From assembly GCA_947628905.1 (NCBI GenBank), contig CANRBQ010000003.1, forward strand, positions 336 through 64,335: a stretch of DNA of 64,000 nt, in the 5' to 3' direction. The notes under the pieces were generated by a model. The model saw only the letters and a list, made by a program, of their open reading frames with translations, ran no database searches and was not told the DNA's origin. Below are positions 19,183 to 29,122 of this stretch, piece after piece. The DNA comes from an uncultured Bacilli bacterium (lineage in GTDB: Bacteria; Bacillota_I; Bacilli_A; RF39; UBA660). Position 1 is the stretch's first letter. Each line of letters begins with the position of its first letter. The position numbers and the translations under genes are program-made.

Positions 19183-20778
19183 ATGAGAAAAAAACTAATA
19201 TTTATAATAATAATTTTAATAAGCATCTTTCTATTTAATAATCATAAAACACTTAAAAAAACACCTCTTTCTAATTATAAAATTACCGAATACACTAATT
19301 TAGTTAATTTTACAATTAATAAAGATACCATTTATTATGTTACTTATATAAATGATATTTCTACTATATATAAAACTAAAATAAATGAAAATAACCCCCA
19401 AAAAATTGCTAATCTAAATAGTTCATGCTATTTTGATAATACCTATCTTTATTGTTCTAATACTAAAGATATCCAAGTTTATGATTTAAATTTAAATCTT
19501 TTATATAGAACAAGTGATACATCTGATATTAATATTATTCCCTATAAAGATACATTTTTAAAACTAAAAAATAATAATTTATATTTAACTTTCCAAACTG
19601 AAACTTTATTTCGCATCCTAGAAGAGAAAGGCAAATATAAAGACTATTATAAAACTAAAGATAATACCTATTTATTATTTATTAAAGATAATAATTCTTA
19701 TATTTATAATTTAAATAATAATAATTATGAATCTATAGAGTATGAAAAATACTTTAAATATGATGAAGGATTTATCTTTTATAACTCTTCTAATATCTAT
19801 ATTGTAAACTTAAATAAAAATGAATTTAAAACCATAAATAATCCCTTAAATACTGATTTTTATTATGAAGGAACATTTAATAATGATTATCTGTATTTAT
19901 GTGATAATAATAATTTTATTGCTTATGATATTATTAAAAATAAAATATATGAAATAGATATTCCTAGTTTAAATATTAATAATCTAATTAAAAATGATAA
20001 CTACTTATATTATTTTTATGAAAATAATATATCAATTATTGATTTAAATAATCTTCCTAAAAAAGAGATAAATTATCAAGAAAATAATAATGAAAAACTA
20101 AATAAATATATAAAAGAAATAGAAGAAACTTATCACTTAAATATCCATTTAAATGATAATACTAAATTTCCCGATTTTAGTTATGAAAATATATCTAATT
20201 ATGAAACAATATTTTTAACATTAGAAAAAATAACCCCTATTTTAAATAAATTTACTCGTAATTTTTTTGATAATTTTACTTCTAAAAACTCTTATTTAAA
20301 TTTATATTTAACAGGCAAATTAACTCCCAATAATGAAAATCAAACATCTTATCCCATTGGCTATTCTTTATTTTATGATAATAAATACTTTATTGTAATA
20401 GATATTACAAATAAAAATATAACTGAAACATTATGTCATGAACTCATGCATAATATTGAATTTTTACTCGAAGAAAATATCTTTCCAGATTGGGATTTAT
20501 ATAACCCTCCCGATTTTACTTATAATAATTCTTATAATATAGTAACTCCCTTTAATTATACTCTAACTGAAAATGATTTAAATAATATTTATTTTGTTGA
20601 TAAATATTCTCATACTTATCCTGAAGAAGATCGTGCTCGAATCTTTGAAAATATTTGTCCCTGTAAAACATCACCCCTCTTAAATTATCCCCATTTAAAA
20701 GCCAAAGCTTTATATTTAAAAAAGATAGTATTAGCTAATTATCCCTATTTAGAAGAAGTATTTGCTAGTTTAAATTAA
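19183..20778 (+). CDS. Secreted N/Y-rich protein with C-terminal HExxH metallopeptidase-like module
   Basis: Signal anchor MRKKLIFIIIILISIF. LCHELMHNIE, and further downstream EEDRARIFE resembles the third-ligand region of ATLF/PPEP-type zinc peptidases (inference). Confidence 0.45.
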   Translation: MRKKLIFIIIILISIFLFNNHKTLKKTPLSNYKITEYTNLVNFTINKDTIYYVTYINDISTIYKTKINENNPQKIANLNSSCYFDNTYLYCSNTKDIQVYDLNLNLLYRTSDTSDINIIPYKDTFLKLKNNNLYLTFQTETLFRILEEKGKYKDYYKTKDNTYLLFIKDNNSYIYNLNNNNYESIEYEKYFKYDEGFIFYNSSNIYIVNLNKNEFKTINNPLNTDFYYEGTFNNDYLYLCDNNNFIAYDIIKNKIYEIDIPSLNINNLIKNDNYLYYFYENNISIIDLNNLPKKEINYQENNNEKLNKYIKEIEETYHLNIHLNDNTKFPDFSYENISNYETIFLTLEKITPILNKFTRNFFDNFTSKNSYLNLYLTGKLTPNNENQTSYPIGYSLFYDNKYFIVIDITNKNITETLCHELMHNIEFLLEENIFPDWDLYNPPDFTYNNSYNIVTPFNYTLTENDLNNIYFVDKYSHTYPEEDRARIFENICPCKTSPLLNYPHLKAKALYLKKIVLANYPYLEEVFASLN

Positions 20779-20840
20779 ATTAAAGATAAAAAAACTTTTT
20801 TAAGCTCTGTTATTATGTTATAATTTAAATGGTGATTGAA

Positions 20841-21887
20841 ATGGATATGTGTGATAGTTCAGTAATTTTATATACTGTATATGTAATAAAAACTATGGCA
20901 TTTATCATATTAATAGTCGCGGTTATTTTCTTAATGATATCCCTAACGGCTAGATGTATAAAAGCAATTATAACAGATGCTAATATTCCCAATTTATTAA
21001 AAGATATGTCCAAAAAAATAATTGCTACACTTATTCTATTTTTTATTCCTTCAATTATTAATTTTTCTTTAGATTTAATTGAAGAAAATGGTCATGAACA
21101 ATATACCGCGTGTGTTACAAATGCAAATTTAGAATATATAAAAGAAAGACGAGAACAAGAAGAATTAGCTAAACAAGCAGAAAAAGAACAAGAAGAGCAA
21201 CTTATGAAGCAAAAAATTAAAGAAGCGGAAGAAAAACGCAATAATTCCAGTGGAAATACTATTATTCCTAGACCAGATCCAATTCAAACAGAGAATTATG
21301 CTACAGAGATAAAATATTATAGTCAAATTATTCCAGGCGTTAATTTTTGCAATCCTGGACATAGTATGGGTGGTTATGCCTGTGGACCTACTTCTCTTGC
21401 TATGATAATTGCTACTTTCACAAACCCCGCCTATACCCCAACAGACATGCGAAACTATATCTGTAATAAACAAGGTACAATTCCTCATACTGAAGGAAGT
21501 GGCTTAGCCCATGTAGCTTTTACAAATGCAAAAATGTTAAGTGATTATAATTTAAATGTTGAAACTTTATTTGACTATGGTTCTTTAAAAGCCTACAATG
21601 ATGCTGATGGAGCCAAAGTTCTTGCAAGTGTTCAAGCCGGAAAAGGCGTCATAGTTAATGTACCAGGCCATTATGTTGTTCTAGGCCCTAATCCCTCATG
21701 CTCTAAAAATGAAGTATATTTATATGATCCTGCCCAATCATCTGTTGGAGGAGTTGGAGGCGAAAGCTATAATGATTGTTATACTGTTAAAGAAGCTATT
21801 CGTAGGACTGGAACTAGACATAATAGATGTGTAAATGGACGTGGTCAATGTGGTTGGTCTAGCGCTTGGGCTTACTCAGGAAAATAA
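20841..21887 (+). CDS. Membrane-anchored papain-like (Peptidase_C39_2-like) cysteine peptidase domain protein
   Basis: Two N-terminal TM segments, E/K-rich coiled linker, GYACGPTSLAMII (nucleophile Cys context), GHYVVL and YDP motifs. Start uncertain (range 20829-20895). Confidence 0.5.
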   Translation: MDMCDSSVILYTVYVIKTMAFIILIVAVIFLMISLTARCIKAIITDANIPNLLKDMSKKIIATLILFFIPSIINFSLDLIEENGHEQYTACVTNANLEYIKERREQEELAKQAEKEQEEQLMKQKIKEAEEKRNNSSGNTIIPRPDPIQTENYATEIKYYSQIIPGVNFCNPGHSMGGYACGPTSLAMIIATFTNPAYTPTDMRNYICNKQGTIPHTEGSGLAHVAFTNAKMLSDYNLNVETLFDYGSLKAYNDADGAKVLASVQAGKGVIVNVPGHYVVLGPNPSCSKNEVYLYDPAQSSVGGVGGESYNDCYTVKEAIRRTGTRHNRCVNGRGQCGWSSAWAYSGK

Positions 21888-21899
21888 GGAGTCTAAATT

Positions 21900-22613
21900 A
21901 TGAAAAAAATGCTTAAACTATTTATGATATTAAATATTTTAATCTTATTAAGTGGCTGTGGTAATAAAAATGATAATATTAATACTCCTTCTATTAAATA
22001 TAGTATGGATTTTAATAATGAAATAAATGAAAAAATAGAAATATATATGCCTAGTAATGCTAAAGAAAAAGCTAAATTACCATCTGCAGACCAAACCATT
22101 GAACCTCCCTTAGAATACACTTATTTATATAATGATTTAAAACCTTTAATTAATAATTCTAATTATATATATAAAAAAAGTGATATAGTAGAAACAGAAA
22201 ACTACACTTATCTTGATTTAACAGCTAACTTAAATTATGATAATATAAAAAATTCCTCAACTTTAAATAATTGTTTTGAAAAAGTTAATATTGAAGAAAA
22301 AGAAGATTATTTAAATATTTTACTTGGAGGATATTTTATGTGTGGCTATGGCGATACAACAACTTTAGAATTTAAAGGTAAAAATATTTTAAGTACCTCT
22401 CTACCAAGCACTGGAAATAATACTTATAGTACTAAAATCGGGGATAAATTAACTGATTATATAAAGCTATCAATAAGTACCAAACCAAAATTATCAGCAG
22501 AAAAAGAATCATCTTTTGTTAAAACATATACAATGATAGGTATCTTCTTAATGCTTGCTATTGCTATATTTTTATTAATATTTAAAAAAATAAATTCTGC
22601 TAATTCATTTTAA
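21900..22613 (+). CDS. Lipoprotein with C-terminal TM segment, unknown function
   Basis: Lipobox LLSGC after a hydrophobic signal. AAGGAG RBS. Starts 13 nt after the previous gene. Confidence 0.55.
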   Translation: MKKMLKLFMILNILILLSGCGNKNDNINTPSIKYSMDFNNEINEKIEIYMPSNAKEKAKLPSADQTIEPPLEYTYLYNDLKPLINNSNYIYKKSDIVETENYTYLDLTANLNYDNIKNSSTLNNCFEKVNIEEKEDYLNILLGGYFMCGYGDTTTLEFKGKNILSTSLPSTGNNTYSTKIGDKLTDYIKLSISTKPKLSAEKESSFVKTYTMIGIFLMLAIAIFLLIFKKINSANSF

Positions 22614-22676
22614 CTAAAACTAATTGCCAAATAACTAAATAATTGATATAATATTTTTATAATTAGGGTGATTAGT

Positions 22677-23939
22677 ATGAATTTAGAACAAAAAATAATG
22701 CAAGTATCTCTTGATGATATAATTCCAAATAGATTTCAACCCCGTTTAACATTTGATGAACGAGGATTAGAAGAACTTGCTAATTCTATAAGACAGCATG
22801 GTATCATTCAACCTTTAGTTTTACGTCGTATTGGAGATAAATATGAAATTATTGCTGGTGAAAGAAGATATAAAGCTGCCACCCTTGCCGGACTTACAAC
22901 AGTACCCGCGGTTATTGCTCAAATAGATGATAACAAAAGTGCCGAAGTAGCAATCGTGGAAAATGTTCAAAGAAGAGATTTAACCCCCATTGAAGAAGCG
23001 AGAAGTTATAAAAATCTTTTAGACAAAGGCTATTTAACCCAAACTGAATTAGCTAAAAAAATGGGTATATCTCAAAGTGCTATAGCAAATAAACTAAGAC
23101 TTCTAAATCTTGATGAAAGTGTTCAAAATGCTTTATTAGAAAATAAAATAAGTGAAAGACATGCTAGATCTTTATTAGTATTATCTGATCATGAAGAACA
23201 AAAAAAATGGTTAAATAAAATAATTAATGAAAGAATGACTGTTAAAGATTTAGATGAAGCTTTAAAAAATTTAAATTCAAATAATGAACCAGCAGAAGAT
23301 GAAACAGATATTCCTTTAGTTAAACCCTTAGATATTGAAGCTATTCGCAATGAAGCTACTGAATTACCCAGTTTAAATGAACAAAGTGAAATAGCCCGTA
23401 AATTAAAAGAAATTGAAAACGAAGTAAAATTTAATCCCGATGTTATTCCTGTTGATCAAGCAACTAATAATTCTAAAGGTAACTTCTTTAATTTTCTAGA
23501 AAATGAAACAGTAAATATGAATACTGAAGAAACAGATTTAAATGCTCCTGTAATTAATCTTGAGCCTATCACAGAGCCTCCAAAAGAAGAACCAAAATCT
23601 AATGAAGAACCTGTAGTTCCAACTACTAAAGAAATAGAACTACCTAAAAAGGAAGAAATAAAAGAAGATAATTCTGTTCCTTTAGCAAAAGAACCGGAAC
23701 CTATAGAAGAAGAAAAGCCAAATAATAATGAAGTTTTTGATCCCATATCTTTAATAGATACTTTAGATCCAAATTATGAAGAAAAAGTTGAAGAAAAATT
23801 AGGTTTAGACTTAAAAACCGCTATAAATGACATCAGAAATTGTAAAGATAATCTTTCTGATAAAGGATTTAATATATCTTTAGAAGAGTCAGATTTAAAT
23901 GATATTTATCAATTTATAATAAAAATAAAGAAAAATTAA
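22677..23939 (+). CDS. parB: ParB/Spo0J-family protein with long acidic/Pro-rich C-terminal extension
   Basis: IPNRFQPR, IIQPLVLRR, IIAGERRYKAA (ParB box II), and HTH LTQTELAKKMGISQSAIANKLRLL. No parA is adjacent. Confidence 0.8.
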   Translation: MNLEQKIMQVSLDDIIPNRFQPRLTFDERGLEELANSIRQHGIIQPLVLRRIGDKYEIIAGERRYKAATLAGLTTVPAVIAQIDDNKSAEVAIVENVQRRDLTPIEEARSYKNLLDKGYLTQTELAKKMGISQSAIANKLRLLNLDESVQNALLENKISERHARSLLVLSDHEEQKKWLNKIINERMTVKDLDEALKNLNSNNEPAEDETDIPLVKPLDIEAIRNEATELPSLNEQSEIARKLKEIENEVKFNPDVIPVDQATNNSKGNFFNFLENETVNMNTEETDLNAPVINLEPITEPPKEEPKSNEEPVVPTTKEIELPKKEEIKEDNSVPLAKEPEPIEEEKPNNNEVFDPISLIDTLDPNYEEKVEEKLGLDLKTAINDIRNCKDNLSDKGFNISLEESDLNDIYQFIIKIKKN

Positions 23940-24050
23940 AATGGTGGTATATATACTATCTTTTTAATTGCTTTCAAAATATTTGACAAAATAATATAGT
24001 ATGGTATAATGATAACATAAGTTACCAATAACAATAAAGGGAGTGATAAT

Positions 24051-24617
24051 ATGGCTGGCAAAAGTATAATTGATAAAAAAACATTATTAAAAGTTGCAGT
24101 AAATATGGTTGAAGAAACAGGAATAGAAAGTATTAATGCTCGTAGTTTAGCATCTAAAGCCGGCATTTCAACAAAACCAATATATCGTTTATATACAAGC
24201 TTAGACTTATTAAAAACTGATGTTAATGATATAATCAAAAAAAAATATGATGAATTTATTATGAAAAGGGTAGATAGCAAAAATGCTTTAATAACTGTAT
24301 GTGTCGCGTACATAGAATTTGCTCAAATGCATAAAAATTATTTTAGATCAATGTTTTTATCTAATAATTTAAAATGGCAATCAGTAGATGATGTTTTAAA
24401 TGAAAAATGGAATCAATCTACTATTATTAATTTAGTAAATAAACATGGTTTAAGTTTTGAAGAAGCTAAAAATTTATTTATGAATGTTTGGATATACGCG
24501 AATGGTTTAGCAACTTTAATTGCATCTAATGATTTAACTATTGATAATAAAGAAATATTAGTAAGAATAGTAAAAATATTTAAAGAATTTTCTAAACCCA
24601 AAAAAGTAACTAGTTAG
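24051..24617 (+). CDS. TetR/AcrR family transcriptional regulator
   Basis: N-terminal HTH VEETGIESINARSLASKAGISTKPIYRLY. A consensus-like promoter (TTGACA, then TATAAT) lies upstream at about 23983-24010. Confidence 0.75.
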   Translation: MAGKSIIDKKTLLKVAVNMVEETGIESINARSLASKAGISTKPIYRLYTSLDLLKTDVNDIIKKKYDEFIMKRVDSKNALITVCVAYIEFAQMHKNYFRSMFLSNNLKWQSVDDVLNEKWNQSTIINLVNKHGLSFEEAKNLFMNVWIYANGLATLIASNDLTIDNKEILVRIVKIFKEFSKPKKVTS

Positions 24618-24627
24618 GAGAAATAAC

Positions 24628-25512
24628 ATGTATGATTTAATTATTATTGGCATGGGTATATCTGGTATAAGCGCTGCTATATATGCCAAAAGAAGTAATT
24701 TAAATGTTTTAATTATTGAAGGAGATACTCCAGGAGGGACTTTAAATAAAATACCTAATATAACTAATTATCCTGGATTTAGTAAGATAAGTGGTCCTGA
24801 TTTAGCTATGAATTTATTTAATACTATTAATGAATTAGAAATACCATATAAATTAGAAAAAGTAACAGATGTTATTTTAGAAGATATTAAAACAGTTAAA
24901 ACAAAAGATAATATTTATCATAGTAAATATTTACTTATAGCAAGTGGCAGAAAACCCAATCTTTTAGGATTAGAGCATGAAGAAGAATTTTTAGGAAAAG
25001 GTATTAGTACTTGTGCCTTATGTGATGGAGCATTATACAAAAATAAAGAAGTAGCCATTGTTGGAGGAGGAGAATCAGCTTTATCAGAAGCTTTATATTT
25101 AGCTAAAATATGTAAAAAAGTTTATTTAATTCATCGTAGAGAAGAATTTAGAGCCAAAGAATTAACTATTAAAAATGTTAAAGAAGAACCAAATATTGAA
25201 CTAATACTAAATAATGAAATAAAAAAACTAATTATAAAAGATAATACTTTTAAAGGTATCGAATTAAAAAATAAAAAATTAAATATTTCTTGTTTATTTA
25301 TCTATATCGGCTCAACTCCCAACACTGAATTTTTAAAACAAACAGATATTAAATTAGATAATAATTCCATTATCGTTAATGAAAAAAATGAAACTAACAT
25401 TAAAGACGTATATGCATCAGGAGATGTTATTAAAAAAGATATTTACCAACTTATCACTGCCGCGAGTGAAGGTGCAACGGCCGCTATAAATATAAGCACT
25501 AAAAATAGATGA
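24628..25512 (+). CDS. trxB: Thioredoxin-disulfide reductase family flavoprotein
   Basis: FAD site IIGMGISGISAAIYA, redox centre CALCDG, second dinucleotide site VGGGESALSEA, C-terminal GDV..QLITAASEG. Confidence 0.8.
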   Translation: MYDLIIIGMGISGISAAIYAKRSNLNVLIIEGDTPGGTLNKIPNITNYPGFSKISGPDLAMNLFNTINELEIPYKLEKVTDVILEDIKTVKTKDNIYHSKYLLIASGRKPNLLGLEHEEEFLGKGISTCALCDGALYKNKEVAIVGGGESALSEALYLAKICKKVYLIHRREEFRAKELTIKNVKEEPNIELILNNEIKKLIIKDNTFKGIELKNKKLNISCLFIYIGSTPNTEFLKQTDIKLDNNSIIVNEKNETNIKDVYASGDVIKKDIYQLITAASEGATAAINISTKNR

Positions 25513-25630
25513 GAATATCATCTTTTTTTAAATTAGGGAACAAAAACAAATATAAGGGACATAGAACGACAAATTTTTCACTTTCAATATGTTATGATAA
25601 ATAATTGTAACAAAAGGAGGTGAGAACAAC

Positions 25631-26470
25631 ATGATGATTAAAGAAGAAGAATTTATAAGCTTAAGTGATGATTTACTTTTTAAAGAAACATTTGCACATC
25701 CAGATAATAGGAATAAATTAATATATTTCTTATCTTGTTTTACAGAATTTAAAGAAGAATATTTAAAAAAGGTTAATATAGAAGTAGAATATGAAAGTGT
25801 ATTAACCAAAGCCAAAAATAAAGATAAAAATCTAAGAGGAGATGTCATAATAAAATTTGATAAATATATAATAAATTTAGAAGCATATTCATTATTTGAT
25901 AGAGATTCATTAAATAAATCAATGAGTTATATAATGAGAATATTTTCAACTCAATTAGATAGAGGAAGAGATTATAATACCTTAGAAAGTGTAATTCAAA
26001 TAAATATAGTAGATAAGGTAACACCAAAAGAGTTAGTAAACGAAGAAATAAAAAGTGAGATATTATTAATGGATAGAGAAAGTAAAAAAGAAATGCTCTC
26101 AGAATTATTTCAAATAAAATATTTAAGGCTTGACAGTGCAAGAGAGATGATATATGATAAAAATAACTTACAACAAAGATGGTTAAGATTTATTGGGGCT
26201 AATAATGCTGAAGAAAGAAGAGAAATAGCAAGAGGAGATGGGTTACTAATGGAATTAGATAATTGGTGTAGGAACTATGTAAATGATGAACAGACAAAGA
26301 AGATATTTGGAGAATGGGCAAATTACATTGCCGAGAAAAAAGGCATCAGAAAAGGTGCAGAAGAAAGAACCATTGACATAGCTAAAAATCTATTAAATTT
26401 AAATTTATCTTTAAAGGACATCTCAAAAGCTACAGGATTATCTCTTAAAGAATTAAAAGAACTAGAATGA
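25631..26470 (+). CDS. Rpn-family PD-(D/E)XK nuclease (so-called PDDEXK_2 transposase)
   Basis: N-terminal SDDLLFKETFAHPDNRNKLIYFL, followed by RGDVII..INLEAY (D..ExK-like). GGAGGTGA RBS. Confidence 0.6.
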   Translation: MMIKEEEFISLSDDLLFKETFAHPDNRNKLIYFLSCFTEFKEEYLKKVNIEVEYESVLTKAKNKDKNLRGDVIIKFDKYIINLEAYSLFDRDSLNKSMSYIMRIFSTQLDRGRDYNTLESVIQINIVDKVTPKELVNEEIKSEILLMDRESKKEMLSELFQIKYLRLDSAREMIYDKNNLQQRWLRFIGANNAEERREIARGDGLLMELDNWCRNYVNDEQTKKIFGEWANYIAEKKGIRKGAEERTIDIAKNLLNLNLSLKDISKATGLSLKELKELE

Positions 26471-26600
26471 TTAATTTCATTCTTTTTCTTTAATTTAATT
26501 TAAAATAATAATCCTAAGTTTATAATTCTTAAAACAAAAATTCATAACTCTAATAAATAAAGTGCAAATGATCAAAAAATAATACATACCTTTTTATTTT

Positions 26601-27140
26601 TTAAATATTAATAAAAGTTTTATATTCACTTTCTTTAAGTTTAATTTTTCTATCTCTTCTAATACATTCTAAAGTATTACCTAAACACCAATCAGCACTA
26701 AAACCAAAATCATTACATATTTCTTTTAAATCTGCACTAGACATCATTAATTTGCCTAATTCGTAATATCCAATATTACTTCTTTTCGTATGTATTTCTT
26801 TAGCAAACTCTTCCTGTGTTAAGCCTTCAATTTTTCTAATAATTCTAATATTTTTTCCTAAATATTTTAAATCTAATTCATTCTTAAATTCATATATATT
26901 TCTATCAAAAGTAGTAGTTAATCCAAAAATATAATCAACAGGCACTCCATAATAATAAGAAAGCTTAACTAATTGCCTCAAAGAAACATTTTGATATCCA
27001 TTTTCCCATGAATTAATTAATGATTGTGATACTCCCAAATCTTTAGATAATTCTGCTTGAGTTATACCCTTTAAACTTCTTAAAAATTTAATTCTAACTT
27101 CTATTACAGTTAAATCTTTATTATCACTTGTAATTACCAT
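26601..27140 (-). CDS. XRE-family regulator with two Cro/C1 HTH domains (regulator A, divergent from paralog 2)
   Basis: Two HTH_3 units: LRSLKGITQAELSKDLGVSQSLINSWENG and IRKIEGLTQEEFAKEIHTKRSNIGYYELG. Confidence 0.85.
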   Translation of the reverse strand: MVITSDNKDLTVIEVRIKFLRSLKGITQAELSKDLGVSQSLINSWENGYQNVSLRQLVKLSYYYGVPVDYIFGLTTTFDRNIYEFKNELDLKYLGKNIRIIRKIEGLTQEEFAKEIHTKRSNIGYYELGKLMMSSADLKEICNDFGFSADWCLGNTLECIRRDRKIKLKESEYKTFINI

Positions 27141-27372
27141 ATATTACCAACTTCCTAACAAAATTATCTCCATTAAAGATAATGATAACAACACAAAAAT
27201 AAAGAGCATGGCATAATAATACAAATAATCACAATTTACTTGAAAAATTATCAATAATGTTGTATATTAGAAATATAACATAGAAAAATATAATAAGTTT
27301 TGATATGTTTTGTCGATTGTAATGAAAAAGTAGAGCAAGTTAGTTATAATAGACAAAGAAGAGGAGAGAGTC

Positions 27373-28860
27373 ATGGAATTTGTAACATTGAAAAAGGATA
27401 ATACTAAAAAAGTATTATTAGTTTTAGTTGTATTTATAGCTATAGTAGTCACTATAGTTTCTTTAAGTTCAAGAGCAAAATATCAAGTAACCAGTAGTGC
27501 TCAAATAGTAAAAGGAACAGTAAATTATAAACCATATGATTTTAAAATAGTCGAAATTAGAAAAGAAAATGATGCTGGAGTTTATGAATTAACAGATGAA
27601 GTACCAACAACTGGTTATGAAATAAATGAAAAAGATAGTAAATGCATGATAAATGACACAGAACAAGATACAACAGCAGTGTTAAAAACCATAAATGGAA
27701 ACCATACATTTGCTAATCTAAAAAAGATGGATAAATGTACTTTGTATTTTAGTAAAGAGAAAACAGCTGGAGAACAGTTATTATCAAAAAGAACAACAGA
27801 CGAAGGAGAAGATGGATTTACAAATATAGATATAGATGAGCATACAGATGAAAATGGCAAATCTATATTGTATAGTGACGAAGATGACTTTGGAACAACA
27901 TATTATTTTAGAGGAAAAGTAAAAGATAATTGGGTAAAGTTCGGACAAACAAGTGAAGGACAAGATATCTGGTGGCGAATTATCAGAATAAATGGCAATG
28001 GCTCAATAAGAATGATATATACTGGAACAGGCAGTAATGCTCCAACTACAGATGGATTTTTGAATAATAATGGAACAGGTAGTCAATTACAAACAAATGC
28101 ATATAATGAATATTATAATGACAATAAATATATAGGTTATATGTATGGAACACAACCAACAGGTACTGTTAATAACGAAACCACACCAACAATTAACTAT
28201 GATCAAGCTCATGAAAATAATTATGATAGTGATATTAAAAAAATATTAGATAATTGGTATAGTACTAATCTAAAGGCAAGTTATGCTCAATATATAGATC
28301 CAAATTCCGGTTTTTGCAATGATAGGAAAGCAGCAATAATGAGTAGATATGGATATGGAACAGATGGATATGGTAATCATCTAACAGCATATGCGGCAGT
28401 AGATAGATTGCTAGATACAAATTGGAATGCCAATGCAAAACACACACCAACGTTCAAGTGTGCTCGAAAAGAAGATACATTCACACTTCCAGATGCCAAG
28501 AAACCAAACGGAGATGACTATGGCAATCATAAATTAAAAGCTAATAATGGAAAAGGAGAAAATAGCCCAATAGGATTAATCACCATAGATGAAGCAGTAT
28601 ATGCAGGAGGATATTATTACAGAGCAAATAATCAATCCGATAATAAAGAATTTTATTTATATACAGGCCAATATTATTGGACCATGTCACCGTATTCCTT
28701 TTACGGTACTTATGCTAATATGTTTTATATACATTTAAATGGCAATCTCAACAACAACGACGTAAACAATGCGCGAGGTGTACGCCCTGTCATAAATCTC
28801 TCTGCTAATGTAAAATTATCAGGAGATGGTACAAAAGATACCCCATATGAAGTATCTTAA
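27373..28860 (+). CDS. Anchored surface-protein family, paralog 2 (most divergent)
   Basis: Signal anchor VLLVLVVFIAIVVTIV. DDFGTTYYFRG, NWVKFG, IWWRIIRINGNGSIRMIYTG, YIGYMYG, GFCNDR, PTFKC, SPIGLITIDEAVYAGG, YYWTMSP, GVRPVINLS. GAGGAG RBS. Confidence 0.85.
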   Translation: MEFVTLKKDNTKKVLLVLVVFIAIVVTIVSLSSRAKYQVTSSAQIVKGTVNYKPYDFKIVEIRKENDAGVYELTDEVPTTGYEINEKDSKCMINDTEQDTTAVLKTINGNHTFANLKKMDKCTLYFSKEKTAGEQLLSKRTTDEGEDGFTNIDIDEHTDENGKSILYSDEDDFGTTYYFRGKVKDNWVKFGQTSEGQDIWWRIIRINGNGSIRMIYTGTGSNAPTTDGFLNNNGTGSQLQTNAYNEYYNDNKYIGYMYGTQPTGTVNNETTPTINYDQAHENNYDSDIKKILDNWYSTNLKASYAQYIDPNSGFCNDRKAAIMSRYGYGTDGYGNHLTAYAAVDRLLDTNWNANAKHTPTFKCARKEDTFTLPDAKKPNGDDYGNHKLKANNGKGENSPIGLITIDEAVYAGGYYYRANNQSDNKEFYLYTGQYYWTMSPYSFYGTYANMFYIHLNGNLNNNDVNNARGVRPVINLSANVKLSGDGTKDTPYEVS

Positions 28861-28894
28861 ATCCCAATTTATATAACTTTAATACAATAAACAT

Positions 28895-28966
28895 CTTGCC
28901 TGAATTGCTCTAATTTATTCATGTTTAGGCAAGGAATAAATTCCATATGAAGAACTATTTAGTTCT
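28895..28966 (+). other. Family 3' stem-loop (covarying version) plus weak second hairpin
   Basis: CTTGCCTGAA (28895-28904) pairs with TTTAGGCAAG (28924-28933). The AAATTCCAT spacer is shared with the copy at 1333-1344. A further hairpin AAATGAATAAC/GTTATTCATTT with a T-run lies at about 28978-29012. Confidence 0.55.
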
Positions 28967-29122
28967 CCAATTTCTAATAAATGAATAACTAATATGTGGT
29001 TATTCATTTTATATATGTGAAAAAATCACATAAAATTATGAATTTTTAACATAAAATAGCATATTTTAGTTAACAAATGTGAAAAAATATAATATAATAT
29101 AAATACAAAGGAGAGAATTAAT

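Noticed and set aside
23936-24313. 125-aa hydrophobic minus-strand ORF
   Set aside because: It overlaps the well-supported TetR gene and its promoter, has no RBS, and its composition is what the antisense of an AT-rich coding region gives.
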